Virus record (IMG/VR): IMGVR_UViG_3300045256_000282
Coordinates: 1-64,000 of that record
Length of the DNA: 64,000 nt
From: a virus
Strand: one strand, 5' to 3'
A program made the translations under genes and the position numbers. Position 1 is the first letter of the stretch; each line of letters starts with the position of its first letter. Shown in pieces: positions 55,357-64,000 of the stretch. Under the pieces are notes generated by a model. The model did not search any database. It saw only the letters and a list, made by a program, of their open reading frames with translations, and was not told the DNA's origin.

Positions 55357-55854
55357 ATGGAAGATACCGTAAAAGAGTCCGATATTACTATAGAAAATGA
55401 CACCGCCCTTTGGTCCATCACCCATCAGGGGGAGATCGGGGGGACATACCTGGGCACGTTCAGGTTTAAGACCTTCCTAACTCCATCCCAGGTCCTAGAG
55501 GCCGACAGGGATTTTAGGGAGCTTATCGGCCCTAACGCCCAGTTCGCAGCCACGAACGCCGAGAACATCGCCTACGCCCTTGCCCAGCTCAAGCAGAGGG
55601 TTATCGACTCACCCCCATTCTGGAAGGATGGCTCCAGGTTCCCTGGCTCCTCGATCAAGGACCTAGACGCCCTACAACTTGTCCTAGAGGCTTCCATCAT
55701 GGCTGAGGTCAAGTATCGAAAGGTCCTAACCGAGAAGCACGAGAACGACCTTAAGCGCCTTAAGTCCATAATGGACAAGAAGGCTGAGATGGAGAAGATC
55801 AACGAAGAGTTCAAGGAAAAGAAGGACGAAGACCCTAAGGGGAACAAGCTTTAA
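55357..55854 (+). CDS. Probable tail assembly chaperone
   Basis: YLGTFRFK..LAQLKQRVIDSPPFW pattern of large-myophage tail chaperones. Confidence 0.5.
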   Translation: MEDTVKESDITIENDTALWSITHQGEIGGTYLGTFRFKTFLTPSQVLEADRDFRELIGPNAQFAATNAENIAYALAQLKQRVIDSPPFWKDGSRFPGSSIKDLDALQLVLEASIMAEVKYRKVLTEKHENDLKRLKSIMDKKAEMEKINEEFKEKKDEDPKGNKL

Positions 55855-55869
55855 GTTCAAGGAAGGTCC

Positions 55870-56100
55870 ATGGCCAAGCCTACCAAGAAGAAGACTCACA
55901 AGATCACCCTCTACACCTGCGGGGTGGACTGGCAACACGAGATAGGCCAAGCTTCCGACCTATGCGGTAAATCTCCCCTCTACCATTCCGTAAAGGCCCT
56001 GAAGGCTAAGCGAACATGCTGGAAGGAGTGCGGGATAGTTAAGCTTTCCTTAACATTAGACGAGTGGGTTGTTGACCAAGACTTCGGACGTAAGAGATGA
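55870..56100 (+). CDS. Hypothetical protein
   Basis: 76 aa. Confidence 0.65.
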   Translation: MAKPTKKKTHKITLYTCGVDWQHEIGQASDLCGKSPLYHSVKALKAKRTCWKECGIVKLSLTLDEWVVDQDFGRKR

Positions 56101-56603
56101 AACCTTCTGATTTCCTAAAGATTCACGATTCAGCCCTGGTGGACACCCTAGAACCAGATATGACCTACCACTACAGGTCTATCTGTAGGTGGTACTCAGA
56201 GAAGTTTCACACCCCTCTTCATACGGTCGAGAACGAGCTTCCTCCCATCTACGTCCTTAGGCACTACTACGAGTCAAACTTCTCCACCATGGAAGAAGAG
56301 GACATGGAGAGGCTCATATTTAAGGCACTCAACCCAGACTGGAACGAGGATGAGGAAGAGGATATCCAAGACTTCATAGACATGGTCGAGAAGGAAGATA
56401 AAGCCCGACAATCCAAGTCAACTAATAAGAAGCAATCTATAGAAGGTAAGTCTAAACCGAGCGGGACTTCGAGTGTTGGTTCTGTAACTAGAACTTTCGA
56501 CGAACCTCCGCCGCCCGAGGCAGGCTCCGATCCAGACAGCACGCTGGGTCCGACACCAGTGATCGGTGATGAGGATGATGACTCTGATCCTCAACAAGAC
56601 TAG
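56097..56603 (+). CDS. Possible second tail assembly chaperone part (acidic C-terminus)
   Basis: RWYSEKFHTP..LRHYYE followed by an acidic tail. Confidence 0.45.
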   Translation: MKPSDFLKIHDSALVDTLEPDMTYHYRSICRWYSEKFHTPLHTVENELPPIYVLRHYYESNFSTMEEEDMERLIFKALNPDWNEDEEEDIQDFIDMVEKEDKARQSKSTNKKQSIEGKSKPSGTSSVGSVTRTFDEPPPPEAGSDPDSTLGPTPVIGDEDDDSDPQQD

Positions 56604-56696
56604 TAAGGGTTACTAAGCGTTTTTAGGGTCGCCCCTAGAATCGCCCCCCGTATTTCCAGCCCTGGTTGTGGCCAACAGAAAGTTAAAAGTTGGATT

Positions 56697-56936
56697 TCAC
56701 GATCGGGGATTCTTGCGTCTAGAGAGTTTGGTTAACCTCTTAATCTCAAAATTCTTTTCCTGAAGCTTGAGATCCATGATCTTTAACTTAACCATCATCA
56801 ATAAAGCCTTGTGTTCAGCTTCAAAAATTCGCTTTTCTACGGTCAGATTTTTATCGCTCGGATCTGTATTACGTCCGTACGTTGCCTTTACGTGCATCTC
56901 CCAAGCCTTTTTCGTTTCGCTGTTTAAGTTATTCAT
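56697..56936 (-). CDS. Hypothetical protein
   Basis: 79 aa, SD GGAG. Confidence 0.6.
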   Translation of the reverse strand: MNNLNSETKKAWEMHVKATYGRNTDPSDKNLTVEKRIFEAEHKALLMMVKLKIMDLKLQEKNFEIKRLTKLSRRKNPRS

Positions 56937-57403
56937 TTGTTCTCCAGTCCCAGATAGCTCCGATTAAGAAACAGCTACCTGATATGAAGGAGCATACCCT
57001 ACCAAGAGTAACGCTGTCAAGTATTCCTATGAGCGTGGCAGAGAAGAAGGCTATGGCGCAGACTAGTGATAGGGCTTGACGAGGTTTCATATTACCTCAA
57101 AAGCAATATAGCCGCAATTGCAGCCCAGGCAATGCAATGGTGACCTGTGTAGTGTTGGACTCCTGCGTAGACAACGATTAGCAGGGAGAGCTTGTAGACG
57201 TGACGGTATAGGGGTTTCATTAGAACATTACCCCAATTGTGAACCTACCCAAAGTAAGCCGGTAGATGTATTTCTTGTCTTTCCTCATAAACGTGCGAGT
57301 AATACCAAACAACGTGTCCATCCTTTGGTTTCTGCTAGTGTTACTCCACCAACAAGTCCCAGGCTTAGCTATTTTGGCGATCACGATAGGCATTTTCATA
57401 CGG

Positions 57404-57604
57404 TTACTGCTTTTTTCCTTTAGCTGCCATTTCTTTAGCCGCCGCAAACACCCAGCGTCTTGCTGTATACTGATTCCAGTGAAGATTTAACTCAGTGTCT
57501 GTTTCTTTATGAAAGCCCCAACAGTGAGAGCCGTCGCATAGCACCACCCACCCATCGGGTAGGGGCTTGAATCTTTTTGGGTATTGGTACTCAAAAATTG
57601 TCAT
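57404..57604 (-). CDS. Hypothetical protein
   Basis: 66 aa, ATGA overlap. Confidence 0.6.
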   Translation of the reverse strand: MTIFEYQYPKRFKPLPDGWVVLCDGSHCWGFHKETDTELNLHWNQYTARRWVFAAAKEMAAKGKKQ

Positions 57605-58035
57605 AAACCTTTGTTTTTCCTATCAACTTTCTTCTGCAGCTCTAAAACCTTCTTATCGTGCTCCTCGGTCCACTCTCGAAGGGTGACCTCTCCGAAGACT
57701 GCGTAGGTTCGAACATATTCCGAGGTCGCGTCGTCTAAAACTTTATATCTCAGGTTCATCTGCCAGATTTGGCCGCCAGCTCGAGACAGTAGGCGTTCCA
57801 TGATCGGAAAATTCTTTTTATTGATAACGCCAGTAGAGACCATCTCCTTGACCATCTCGACCTCTTTCGCAGTTTCAGGAGAAGTATAGTACCCCTCAAA
57901 AAGCTTAACCTCACCCCACATCTCCTCATCGATCTCGCCCTGAACATCATTCACGTAGTATTGGCCTGTAGGCGCTCCCCAGCGGTCGGCATACTCCTGG
58001 ATCGAAGGTAACTTGCAGATTCTCTTCATGACCAT
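57601..58035 (-). CDS. Hypothetical protein
   Basis: 144 aa, SD AAGGAG. Confidence 0.7.
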   Translation of the reverse strand: MVMKRICKLPSIQEYADRWGAPTGQYYVNDVQGEIDEEMWGEVKLFEGYYTSPETAKEVEMVKEMVSTGVINKKNFPIMERLLSRAGGQIWQMNLRYKVLDDATSEYVRTYAVFGEVTLREWTEEHDKKVLELQKKVDRKNKGL

Positions 58036-58061
58036 ACTTAGGGCTCCTTAGTTAAAACTTT

Positions 58062-58288
58062 GAACCGATGAGGCGCAACCCTCCACTTGCTCGGTATCTA
58101 CACAAGGCGGCATAATTTAAGGAACCACGCCAGCCAAAGGTCCGGTAAAATCATGGGTTCTACCTAGCCCAGGTGAGGTACCTCCCACCAAGTGTTGTCT
58201 ATTGTTACGAGTCCAACTGTGCCTCGGGAGCTGCCGCTCCTATCCCAACTTAGTATCGAGAGCTACCCGACCTATGGTTGGAAAACTT
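58062..58288 (-). ncRNA. Candidate structured non-coding RNA / 5-prime leader
   Basis: ~230 nt with no sizeable minus-strand ORF, downstream of a promoter; at least 5 hairpins including GGAGC-GGCA-GCTCC (GNRA loop). Confidence 0.45.
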
Positions 58289-58294
58289 ATACAT

Positions 58295-58323
58295 ATACTA
58301 TCAGAACTCAAAAAAACTTTCAA
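58295..58323 (-). promoter_or_regulatory. Sigma70-type promoter
   Basis: TTGAAA-17-TAGTAT with TG extension. Confidence 0.65.
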
Positions 58324-58479
58324 ACACTTTCATCTCTTCATCACTCATCCGGCCCATTATCACTGACACCATACCAGGATTCCCCTTAATGATCCACCCC
58401 ATCTTGGTACCGTCTGTCCTTTTGATGTACCTGATGGCAACCATTAATCCAATTCCTTGTTGAGTTCTTTTAAACCCGG

Positions 58480-58866
58480 TCAGGTATTCTTTTTCTTCTT
58501 TTCAAAAGCCTTACGAACCTTGATGCACTGCTTATACAGCCTCTCGACCTCGGCCATTCGTTCCTTGATCGGAGCGTCACTCCAGAACTGGTCATCCATG
58601 AGATCAGGAAGAAATCTAGGACCCCATGCGATAGGACGACGACCTTGGGTGTGGCCAGGAGCATCAAAGCTATTGTAAAACCCCTGAAAGTTCTGGTCAC
58701 CTGTGGCTAGGTGAAAGAACAACTCTCGGATTGCATAGAACGTGTCAGAGTCCCAATCGCTGTGCTCCAGCTCAAACTTCTTGTAAGAAATTTCTTTTAC
58801 AAGCTTATATGCGTGAGTATGGTGCGCTTTAATAAGTCTGTCTAAGGCTTCTATTGTTGAGGTCAT
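58480..58866 (-). CDS. Hypothetical protein
   Basis: 128 aa, SD GGAG. Confidence 0.7.
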   Translation of the reverse strand: MTSTIEALDRLIKAHHTHAYKLVKEISYKKFELEHSDWDSDTFYAIRELFFHLATGDQNFQGFYNSFDAPGHTQGRRPIAWGPRFLPDLMDDQFWSDAPIKERMAEVERLYKQCIKVRKAFEKKKKNT

Positions 58867-58897
58867 ACTTTTTCTCCAAACAGCTTGAGAAAGCTTC

Positions 58898-59122
58898 TCA
58901 CAAGATCCTCAATCCTCTAAATTCGTTTTCAATATCCTTCTCATACTTTACTACATTGCTTGTGTAAGTCAAGTCCACTTTTCCCCACGGCGTAATCAAA
59001 TCCACACCACGGCGATCTTTAGACTTACCAGACACAACCCACCAATCCAGGCCAAACTTTGGCATATCTGGCTCGATCTCGTTTCTCTTCCACGTTTTAA
59101 GGTATAGCGCTGGAAGCTTCAT
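58898..59122 (-). CDS. Hypothetical protein
   Basis: 74 aa, ATGA overlap. Confidence 0.6.
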   Translation of the reverse strand: MKLPALYLKTWKRNEIEPDMPKFGLDWWVVSGKSKDRRGVDLITPWGKVDLTYTSNVVKYEKDIENEFRGLRIL

Positions 59123-59397
59123 TGCAGATCTCCTTCGTCGTCAAAGTCGTAATCGTAGTAGGAAGGGTCAAAGTCGAGAGGTCCACCTGGGTAACCGCCA
59201 TGGGGTGGATGATATGTGTTCGCGTCCTTACCTCCCTCGGCAACCAAGCGCTCGAACTCTGCAACTAGGTCCTCGTTACCTACCGGAGTCTCGACAGCTT
59301 CTAGCTTGATCTCGTCCTTGCAGGTTCGGCAGTAGTAGTACTTGACCGACATAAGCTCGACAAGTACGCCATCGTTTTTACACTTTGAGCAGATCAT
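59119..59397 (-). CDS. Zinc-ribbon hypothetical protein
   Basis: CSKC..YCRTC; probable start MICSKC after GGAG. Confidence 0.6.
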   Translation of the reverse strand: MICSKCKNDGVLVELMSVKYYYCRTCKDEIKLEAVETPVGNEDLVAEFERLVAEGGKDANTYHPPHGGYPGGPLDFDPSYYDYDFDDEGDLQ

Positions 59398-59413
59398 AGA
59401 CTCTCCAATACCT

Positions 59414-59731
59414 TCATGATGTTTTACCAAACTTGCCCCGAACCTTTTCCACCAAGAATCCTGGGATAGCGTCAACAAACCTGTAGTCATATCTGGCTGC
59501 ACACTTCTTCAGGTCAGACCTAAGAAAGTCGATGTCGGAGCTTGTCCACTGACCTAGCTGTTGACCCTTCTCGTTCCAAACCTCACCATACACCAGGGTT
59601 TGTCCTGTTTCTAGTTTCAACCATTCTACCGGAAATCCATAGGCTCTCATCGCACATCTCCCTTTAAAATTTGTCTCATATCTTGTAAACCTCAACCAAG
59701 GCTTCCGCCTGTTCCTTCGTGAGACGCTCAC
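59414..59731 (-). CDS. Hypothetical protein
   Basis: True start probably MRAYGF after GGAG. Confidence 0.55.
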   Translation of the reverse strand: MSVSRRNRRKPWLRFTRYETNFKGRCAMRAYGFPVEWLKLETGQTLVYGEVWNEKGQQLGQWTSSDIDFLRSDLKKCAARYDYRFVDAIPGFLVEKVRGKFGKTS

Positions 59732-60101
59732 CTAACTTGAATCCATACTTGTATACGCTAAGGTAGTTTACTATGTTAACTTCTGTCGAGTGTACGTCAA
59801 GTTGCGATAGGCTATCGCCGTGCAGCTTTGCGATGATCTTCTCGTCCAAAACCCCGTTGTCCTCGCATGAGTATCCGCATATGATATCGAGCTTGACCAT
59901 CGTCAATGGTGGGATAGGTTCGCTGGATATGATGAACACATCAAGGGCGTCACCATCCTTGGCTAAGGTGTCAACGATGAAACCGTAGTTGGTGGGGACG
60001 GAGACGTTAAGGGGTCGGTCAATCTCCATGTTTCCGCTGACCTTGCTGATCTCGTACTTGTAGCGTGTTCCTGCTGGCATCTCTATGATTGCTTTGATCA
60101 T
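59676..60101 (-). CDS. ppa: Inorganic pyrophosphatase (family I)
   Basis: IEMPAG..KYE, PTNYGFI..TL..DGDALDV, D.G..DEKII. Confidence 0.9.
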   Translation of the reverse strand: MIKAIIEMPAGTRYKYEISKVSGNMEIDRPLNVSVPTNYGFIVDTLAKDGDALDVFIISSEPIPPLTMVKLDIICGYSCEDNGVLDEKIIAKLHGDSLSQLDVHSTEVNIVNYLSVYKYGFKLGERLTKEQAEALVEVYKI

Positions 60102-60361
60102 CGGCAGCAACCGCCTTCCGTGCCTGGGCATCCAGCGCACCTGTCCGATTCCTTGGTCATTAAGGCTTCGCCTCTTTCGCCCATGCCTGCGCCGATCTTC
60201 TCGAGTTCGTCGATCATATTGGTCAAGTAATTGATCGTCTCGTCGCTGTTGTCGATGTTGTGAAGGTTACCGATGGCCTGACTGAGCAGGGCAGCGGCGT
60301 AACCGATGCTCTGGCAGAAGTTTGCGATCTCTAAAACTTGCCTGTTCATACGGCACCACAA
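60098..60361 (-). CDS. Hypothetical protein
   Basis: Coupled operon. Confidence 0.6.
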   Translation of the reverse strand: MWCRMNRQVLEIANFCQSIGYAAALLSQAIGNLHNIDNSDETINYLTNMIDELEKIGAGMGERGEALMTKESDRCAGCPGTEGGCCR

Positions 60362-60549
60362 GGGTTGGTAGGTTCAAGCACAACTACGCGAAGGTTCAGG
60401 TGATCAGCCAACTTCTGGAGAAGCTCCTCTGGCGAACCGGCCTCAATCTCGTGCGACGACCCAAGGTAGCCTCCAACCAGGGAGAGTCCATCAGACATCA
60501 CCTGGATAGGTTGCGTAACCTCGTTTACGATCAAGAAATATGTTTTCAT
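60346..60549 (-). CDS. Hypothetical protein
   Basis: Coupled operon. Confidence 0.6.
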   Translation of the reverse strand: MKTYFLIVNEVTQPIQVMSDGLSLVGGYLGSSHEIEAGSPEELLQKLADHLNLRVVVLEPTNPCGAV

Positions 60550-60959
60550 AAAGCTGCCTCTTTCAAGTAATTTCTATAAGCTTTGCCTTCATTGTCGTGA
60601 AGGCCATCTTTAACCTCTAGGGTGAAGACCAGGTCACGAGCGATGGTAAGGCCCAACCTTACACCCTTATCGTGCCCAGCATCATTACCTAAAACCCAAG
60701 ACAATAAGTTAAACTTACGGGTTTTAATCTCATCCTGAAGCTCGAGATCAAGCTCGTTGATCCTGGAGCTGAACAAGACTGGGTCAAACTTTAGCGGGAA
60801 CCCGTTAAGTCGATCCCTTACGGAAAGCAAACCGTCCATGACCGCCTTGGTCTCAGCTTTAGTTGCGGCAAAGTCGAGTTGTCTTTGCAACATCGTGAAA
60901 ACTTCTAGACCTGACAAATCACTTAGCGACACGCAGCCTCCGAAACTCGGTTTGTTCAA
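60546..60959 (-). CDS. Hypothetical protein
   Basis: Downstream of a TTGACG..TATCAT promoter-like site. Confidence 0.6.
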   Translation of the reverse strand: MNKPSFGGCVSLSDLSGLEVFTMLQRQLDFAATKAETKAVMDGLLSVRDRLNGFPLKFDPVLFSSRINELDLELQDEIKTRKFNLLSWVLGNDAGHDKGVRLGLTIARDLVFTLEVKDGLHDNEGKAYRNYLKEAAL

Positions 60960-61147
60960 CTTCTTCTACTGCCTTGATGATATCATTTATGAACTTAACG
61001 TCAAGCTCTCTCATGTGCAAACCACTCTCACCTTAGCGTTAGGACGACAGCGCCTAGCCTTCATCAGGTTGTCGTAAGCTTCTTGTTTTGTACTGTAGGC
61101 CTTATATGGCTCCAGTAAGTAGCCGTAGTCGTAAACAATCCACCAAG

Positions 61148-61393
61148 TCACTCTTCCACCTCGTGGATCGGCTTGTTAAGCTCAATCTCCATCACACGCC
61201 AATGGTATGAAAGCTCCCCGTCAAAGTGATAGACACGGTACTTACCGTTCTTACTTGGTTTACTGTGCTTGAAGTCAGATGTTGTCTCAAGGAAAGCCCA
61301 AGCCTTATCTTCGGAGTCGAACACGCCGACCACCTGCTCGAAGTAACCCTCCATCAGGGTATTGCTGTCTTTAAATGCCAGATAAACTTTCAT
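61148..61393 (-). CDS. Hypothetical protein
   Basis: MKVY..VVGVFDSEDKA, a common small phage protein pattern. Confidence 0.7.
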   Translation of the reverse strand: MKVYLAFKDSNTLMEGYFEQVVGVFDSEDKAWAFLETTSDFKHSKPSKNGKYRVYHFDGELSYHWRVMEIELNKPIHEVEE

Positions 61394-61590
61394 ACATCCT
61401 CATTTCTGTAGCTAAGGTCAGGTTTTTCCTTCGCATTTAGCAGAGTGTTTTACTCCACTAACAATGGCCCGACTTTCTTTTGATATTTTTACAACTATAA
61501 TCTTACAATCTTTTGAACAAGACTTTTTTGTTTCATAAAGAACTTTAAGACTAGTTTCATTTTTTCTTCTATTTCTTAGCCACAATTTTT

Positions 61591-61788
61591 TCACTTGTAA
61601 CCCTGAGCTTTCTCGACATCAGACGCCTTCGGAGCCTTCAACAACGTAACCTTGACCTCGTGGTCGTAAGCGTACCCAAGGGAATGCTCGAGGATGGCCT
61701 CCTTGACTCGCTCTGCCGTAGCCTCGTAGCCATCGGCAACCCAAGTCTCGTCAACCTCGATCTCAACCGTCCATTTGAACTTTTTCAT
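61591..61788 (-). CDS. Hypothetical protein
   Basis: VEIEVDETWVADG. Confidence 0.7.
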   Translation of the reverse strand: MKKFKWTVEIEVDETWVADGYEATAERVKEAILEHSLGYAYDHEVKVTLLKAPKASDVEKAQGYK

Positions 61789-61789
61789 G

Positions 61790-62104
61790 TTACTCCCAAA
61801 TCACGTTTACGTAAACGCTGCCCTGTCCAGACAGATGTCGTTCAAAACAGCGCAGCTTTAACCGATACCCTTGAGATACAAAGTGCCTGTTTATGATGAA
61901 AAAATCAACTCCTTTGAACACGGTAAGCTCTCCGCTTTGCTTCTTACCTAGCTTTTTCTGTTTGGAGATCCTTTTTTCCATCTTGTTAATAAACTCTTGA
62001 ACCCGATCTCGCATCAGGTAGAGCACCTCTCCGCTGATCTCGCCAAAAACTGGGGTGACTGCCATTTCCTTGCAAGCTTGTCTTAAATCCATAATTAATC
62101 CCAC
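61790..62104 (-). CDS. Hypothetical protein
   Basis: 104 aa. Confidence 0.55.
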   Translation of the reverse strand: MGLIMDLRQACKEMAVTPVFGEISGEVLYLMRDRVQEFINKMEKRISKQKKLGKKQSGELTVFKGVDFFIINRHFVSQGYRLKLRCFERHLSGQGSVYVNVIWE

Positions 62105-62496
62105 CGCTTCTCGAACATGTACCAGTGATCAGTCCCTGCGGCAGATGCGATGGCTTCCTTAGCCATGATGTCAAACATGTACTCGGTCGTAGGGAGTAAG
62201 AACATAAGCTCAAGAGCCTTGGCTTCGCCATCGGACATCATGCCCGGACCACGCTCTTGGCGAAGCCTATCGTCAAGCTTCATGATGAAGGCTTGATAAA
62301 CGTGCTCAGAATCTTTCCAGCGATGACCATACTCGATCACCTGATCAACACCATAGTCTGTACCGGCATCGCGCTTTAAGTAAGCAGCAAACTCTGACTG
62401 AGGCATAGCCTTGAAAAGGGAAATCTGATTCTCGATCGCAGCGATCGCCTTGGCCTTGAACTCTTTACCAAACTTCTTTGAATGACTGGTATACAT
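62095..62496 (-). CDS. Hypothetical early protein
   Basis: SD GAGGAG; promoter upstream. Confidence 0.75.
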   Translation of the reverse strand: MYTSHSKKFGKEFKAKAIAAIENQISLFKAMPQSEFAAYLKRDAGTDYGVDQVIEYGHRWKDSEHVYQAFIMKLDDRLRQERGPGMMSDGEAKALELMFLLPTTEYMFDIMAKEAIASAAGTDHWYMFEKRWD

Positions 62497-62514
62497 GTCG
62501 ATCTCCTCGGATAC

Positions 62515-62543
62515 AGTATCTCAAAGCCTATCAAACAAGTCAA
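62515..62543 (-). promoter_or_regulatory. Early sigma70-type promoter
   Basis: TTGACT-17-GATACT with TG extension. Confidence 0.7.
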
Positions 62544-62552
62544 CAATTAATT

Positions 62553-62629
62553 TGGTCCGCCACCAGGGGATTGCACCCTGCTCTAAACCGTTTATAAGAC
62601 GGTTCCAGACCACTAGCCCGCCGTGGCGA
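62553..62629 (-). tRNA. tRNA-Ile (anticodon UAU)
   Basis: Acceptor TCGCCAC/GTGGCGG plus ACCA; anticodon stem AACCGT/ACGGTT with loop CTTATAA; T arm CAGGG-TGCAATC-CCCTG. Confidence 0.8.
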
Positions 62630-62645
62630 GTTCAAACGTGAATTG

Positions 62646-62888
62646 TTAAGCCTTAGGTGAATCGTTTCGACGAGATGGCCCCTCGATGGGGATGATGTTC
62701 AGGCGAACACCAACGATACGAAAAGCCTGGTCCTTATTGTAAGACCTCGCGTGATACTGCTTGGCGTCTTCATGATTAGAGAACAGTGGGCCTTGTCGGC
62801 CAAACTTACCACGGCTTCCATCCTGAGTTCTCTCCTGAACGAGCAGGTGATATCCAATTTTTTCATGTGTCTTGCGTAGGCGTTTCAT
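62646..62888 (-). CDS. Hypothetical protein
   Basis: 80 aa. Confidence 0.6.
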   Translation of the reverse strand: MKRLRKTHEKIGYHLLVQERTQDGSRGKFGRQGPLFSNHEDAKQYHARSYNKDQAFRIVGVRLNIIPIEGPSRRNDSPKA

Positions 62889-63145
62889 TTGTTCTTCCTC
62901 TTTCTTTCGATTCTCTTGATCGTTTTGATCATACCAATTGACATTAGCACAAAGTGAGACCGAAGCATAGCTCTGTTTGCTAGGATCTTTCGGATCTTGT
63001 TAAACCGTGGATACAGGATAAGGCGCTTCCACAAGGGAAAAGACTCAAGCCTAGCAAGGCCACTAAGCCTGCGCTTCTCGATCCTTTGACCCATCGCCAT
63101 CGTATCTCTCGCCATCTTTCTTGGTCCGTCCATATCTTCGTTCAT
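62885..63145 (-). CDS. Basic hypothetical protein
   Basis: 86 aa, SD GGAGG. Confidence 0.6.
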   Translation of the reverse strand: MNEDMDGPRKMARDTMAMGQRIEKRRLSGLARLESFPLWKRLILYPRFNKIRKILANRAMLRSHFVLMSIGMIKTIKRIERKRKNK

Positions 63146-63146
63146 T

Positions 63147-63434
63147 TTACGTATTAACCTCCTCTGAAAAATCAGTAAGTTTTGACAGAAAAACTCTCAT
63201 CTCATAACCGTGATCTTTATCAAGGCCCTCAGTGATACCAACATCTCCGAACCTCGAGGCCATGGTCACCCTGACTCTCAGGTTGTTCCAGGTAGCATAG
63301 AGCTTCGGAACTCCCCATCTCCATCGCCTAATCTGCCAGTAAGCAGGGATGCGCTTATACAAGAGGAACTTGCGAAGCGCCTTTGCTTGGCTCTTGTCCC
63401 TGATGTAGTCGTCGCAATGCTTAGGCTCGGTCAT
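63147..63434 (-). CDS. Hypothetical protein
   Basis: RVRVTMASRFGDVGIT motif. Confidence 0.7.
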   Translation of the reverse strand: MTEPKHCDDYIRDKSQAKALRKFLLYKRIPAYWQIRRWRWGVPKLYATWNNLRVRVTMASRFGDVGITEGLDKDHGYEMRVFLSKLTDFSEEVNT

Positions 63435-63480
63435 ATCGCAATCATCCCAGAATAATGTTATCAGGTCAACTCGCAGGTGT

Positions 63481-63681
63481 TTATGCTGCTTCCACCAAGG
63501 TCACTTCAACCTTTCCAAGGAAAGGACGATCAAACGTAGCGCCAATTGCACCCTCTTGAGAAAGCTTGATTACGTGAGCGGTGATCTCAGCAACCATAGG
63601 ATCGGCGAGAGCTTCTTGAGTCGTCATCTCTACCGTGGTGAAGTTACCTGAGAATGTTTTAAACTTAAATTGAACTTTCAT
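63481..63681 (-). CDS. Hypothetical early protein
   Basis: SD AGGAG; promoter upstream. Confidence 0.7.
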   Translation of the reverse strand: MKVQFKFKTFSGNFTTVEMTTQEALADPMVAEITAHVIKLSQEGAIGATFDRPFLGKVEVTLVEAA

Positions 63682-63702
63682 ATGCCGATCTCCTATGATT
63701 AG

Positions 63703-63731
63703 AGCATCTCAAATTCGATTAAATCTGTCAA
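63703..63731 (-). promoter_or_regulatory. Early sigma70-type promoter
   Basis: TTGACA-17-GATGCT with TG extension. Confidence 0.7.
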
Positions 63732-64000
63732 CTATTTTCTTGATCGCAAATCCGCTATGTATTCACCATGGTGTGTCCCGTAACACGCACCCAGCGTATA
63801 CTCGTTCATTATGCTCTTAGGGCATCCGTCAGGGAGAGATGAGTTATCATGTCCCAACCCCATGGCGCAATGTCCAAGCTCGTGGTATATAAGCTCCTCA
63901 CGCGCTAGATCGTCAGACTGATCCCAGAACTCCTTATCGATCTCGATGTCACGTCTTCCGTCGCTGTAGGTTGTACACTGGCCAACTATCGGAGCCTTAG

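Noticed and set aside
55835-55854. Tail-chaperone-type frameshift at AAGGGGAAC
   Set aside because: Not an XXXYYYZ heptamer, and an unrelated ORF separates the two candidate chaperone genes.
1-64000. CRISPR array or cas operon accompanying the mCpol gene
   Set aside because: No regularly spaced direct repeats and no recognisable cas genes were seen in the window.
1-64000. Alternative genetic code (stop-codon reassignment)
   Set aside because: Long genes are intact under the standard code, and TAA, TAG and TGA all terminate tightly coupled genes.

Overview
This 64-kb window is part of a large tailed phage genome (contractile-tail myovirus, standard genetic code). Left end (1-4.6 kb, minus strand): Mre11/SbcD-like nuclease, GroES-like protein, a sigma70-like factor lacking region 4.2, and an SF2 helicase. 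Middle (4.7-46 kb, mostly plus strand): the virion module, with GroEL, TerL, portal, an intein-containing head morphogenesis protein, an M15 endolysin, an inverted prohead protease, scaffold, a Herelleviridae-type major capsid protein, neck, sheath, tube and three fibre-like proteins. A minus-strand holin/spanin-like cluster follows (46-48 kb), then about 16 kb of small early genes with sigma70-type promoters, a tRNA-Ile(UAU) and a candidate structured RNA. The most interesting part is a block inside the head/neck module (23.4-35.8 kb). Its proteins carry domains resembling counter-defence or effector enzymes: SAM-lyase-like, ADP-ribosyltransferase-like, HExxH proteases, an Acb1-like 2H phosphodiesterase fused to a muramidase, and an mCpol (minimal CRISPR polymerase) nucleotide cyclase. 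The domains are punctuated by a recurrent (L/M/I/V)-x-K-(S/A) motif that also marks the scaffold, protease and capsid protein. The mCpol gene ends in a canonical -1 frameshift signal (CCCAAAA, 6-nt spacer, H-type pseudoknot). A putative late promoter (AATCTTnA) precedes 12 late genes or operons. All family assignments come from motif recognition by eye; no database searches were run.
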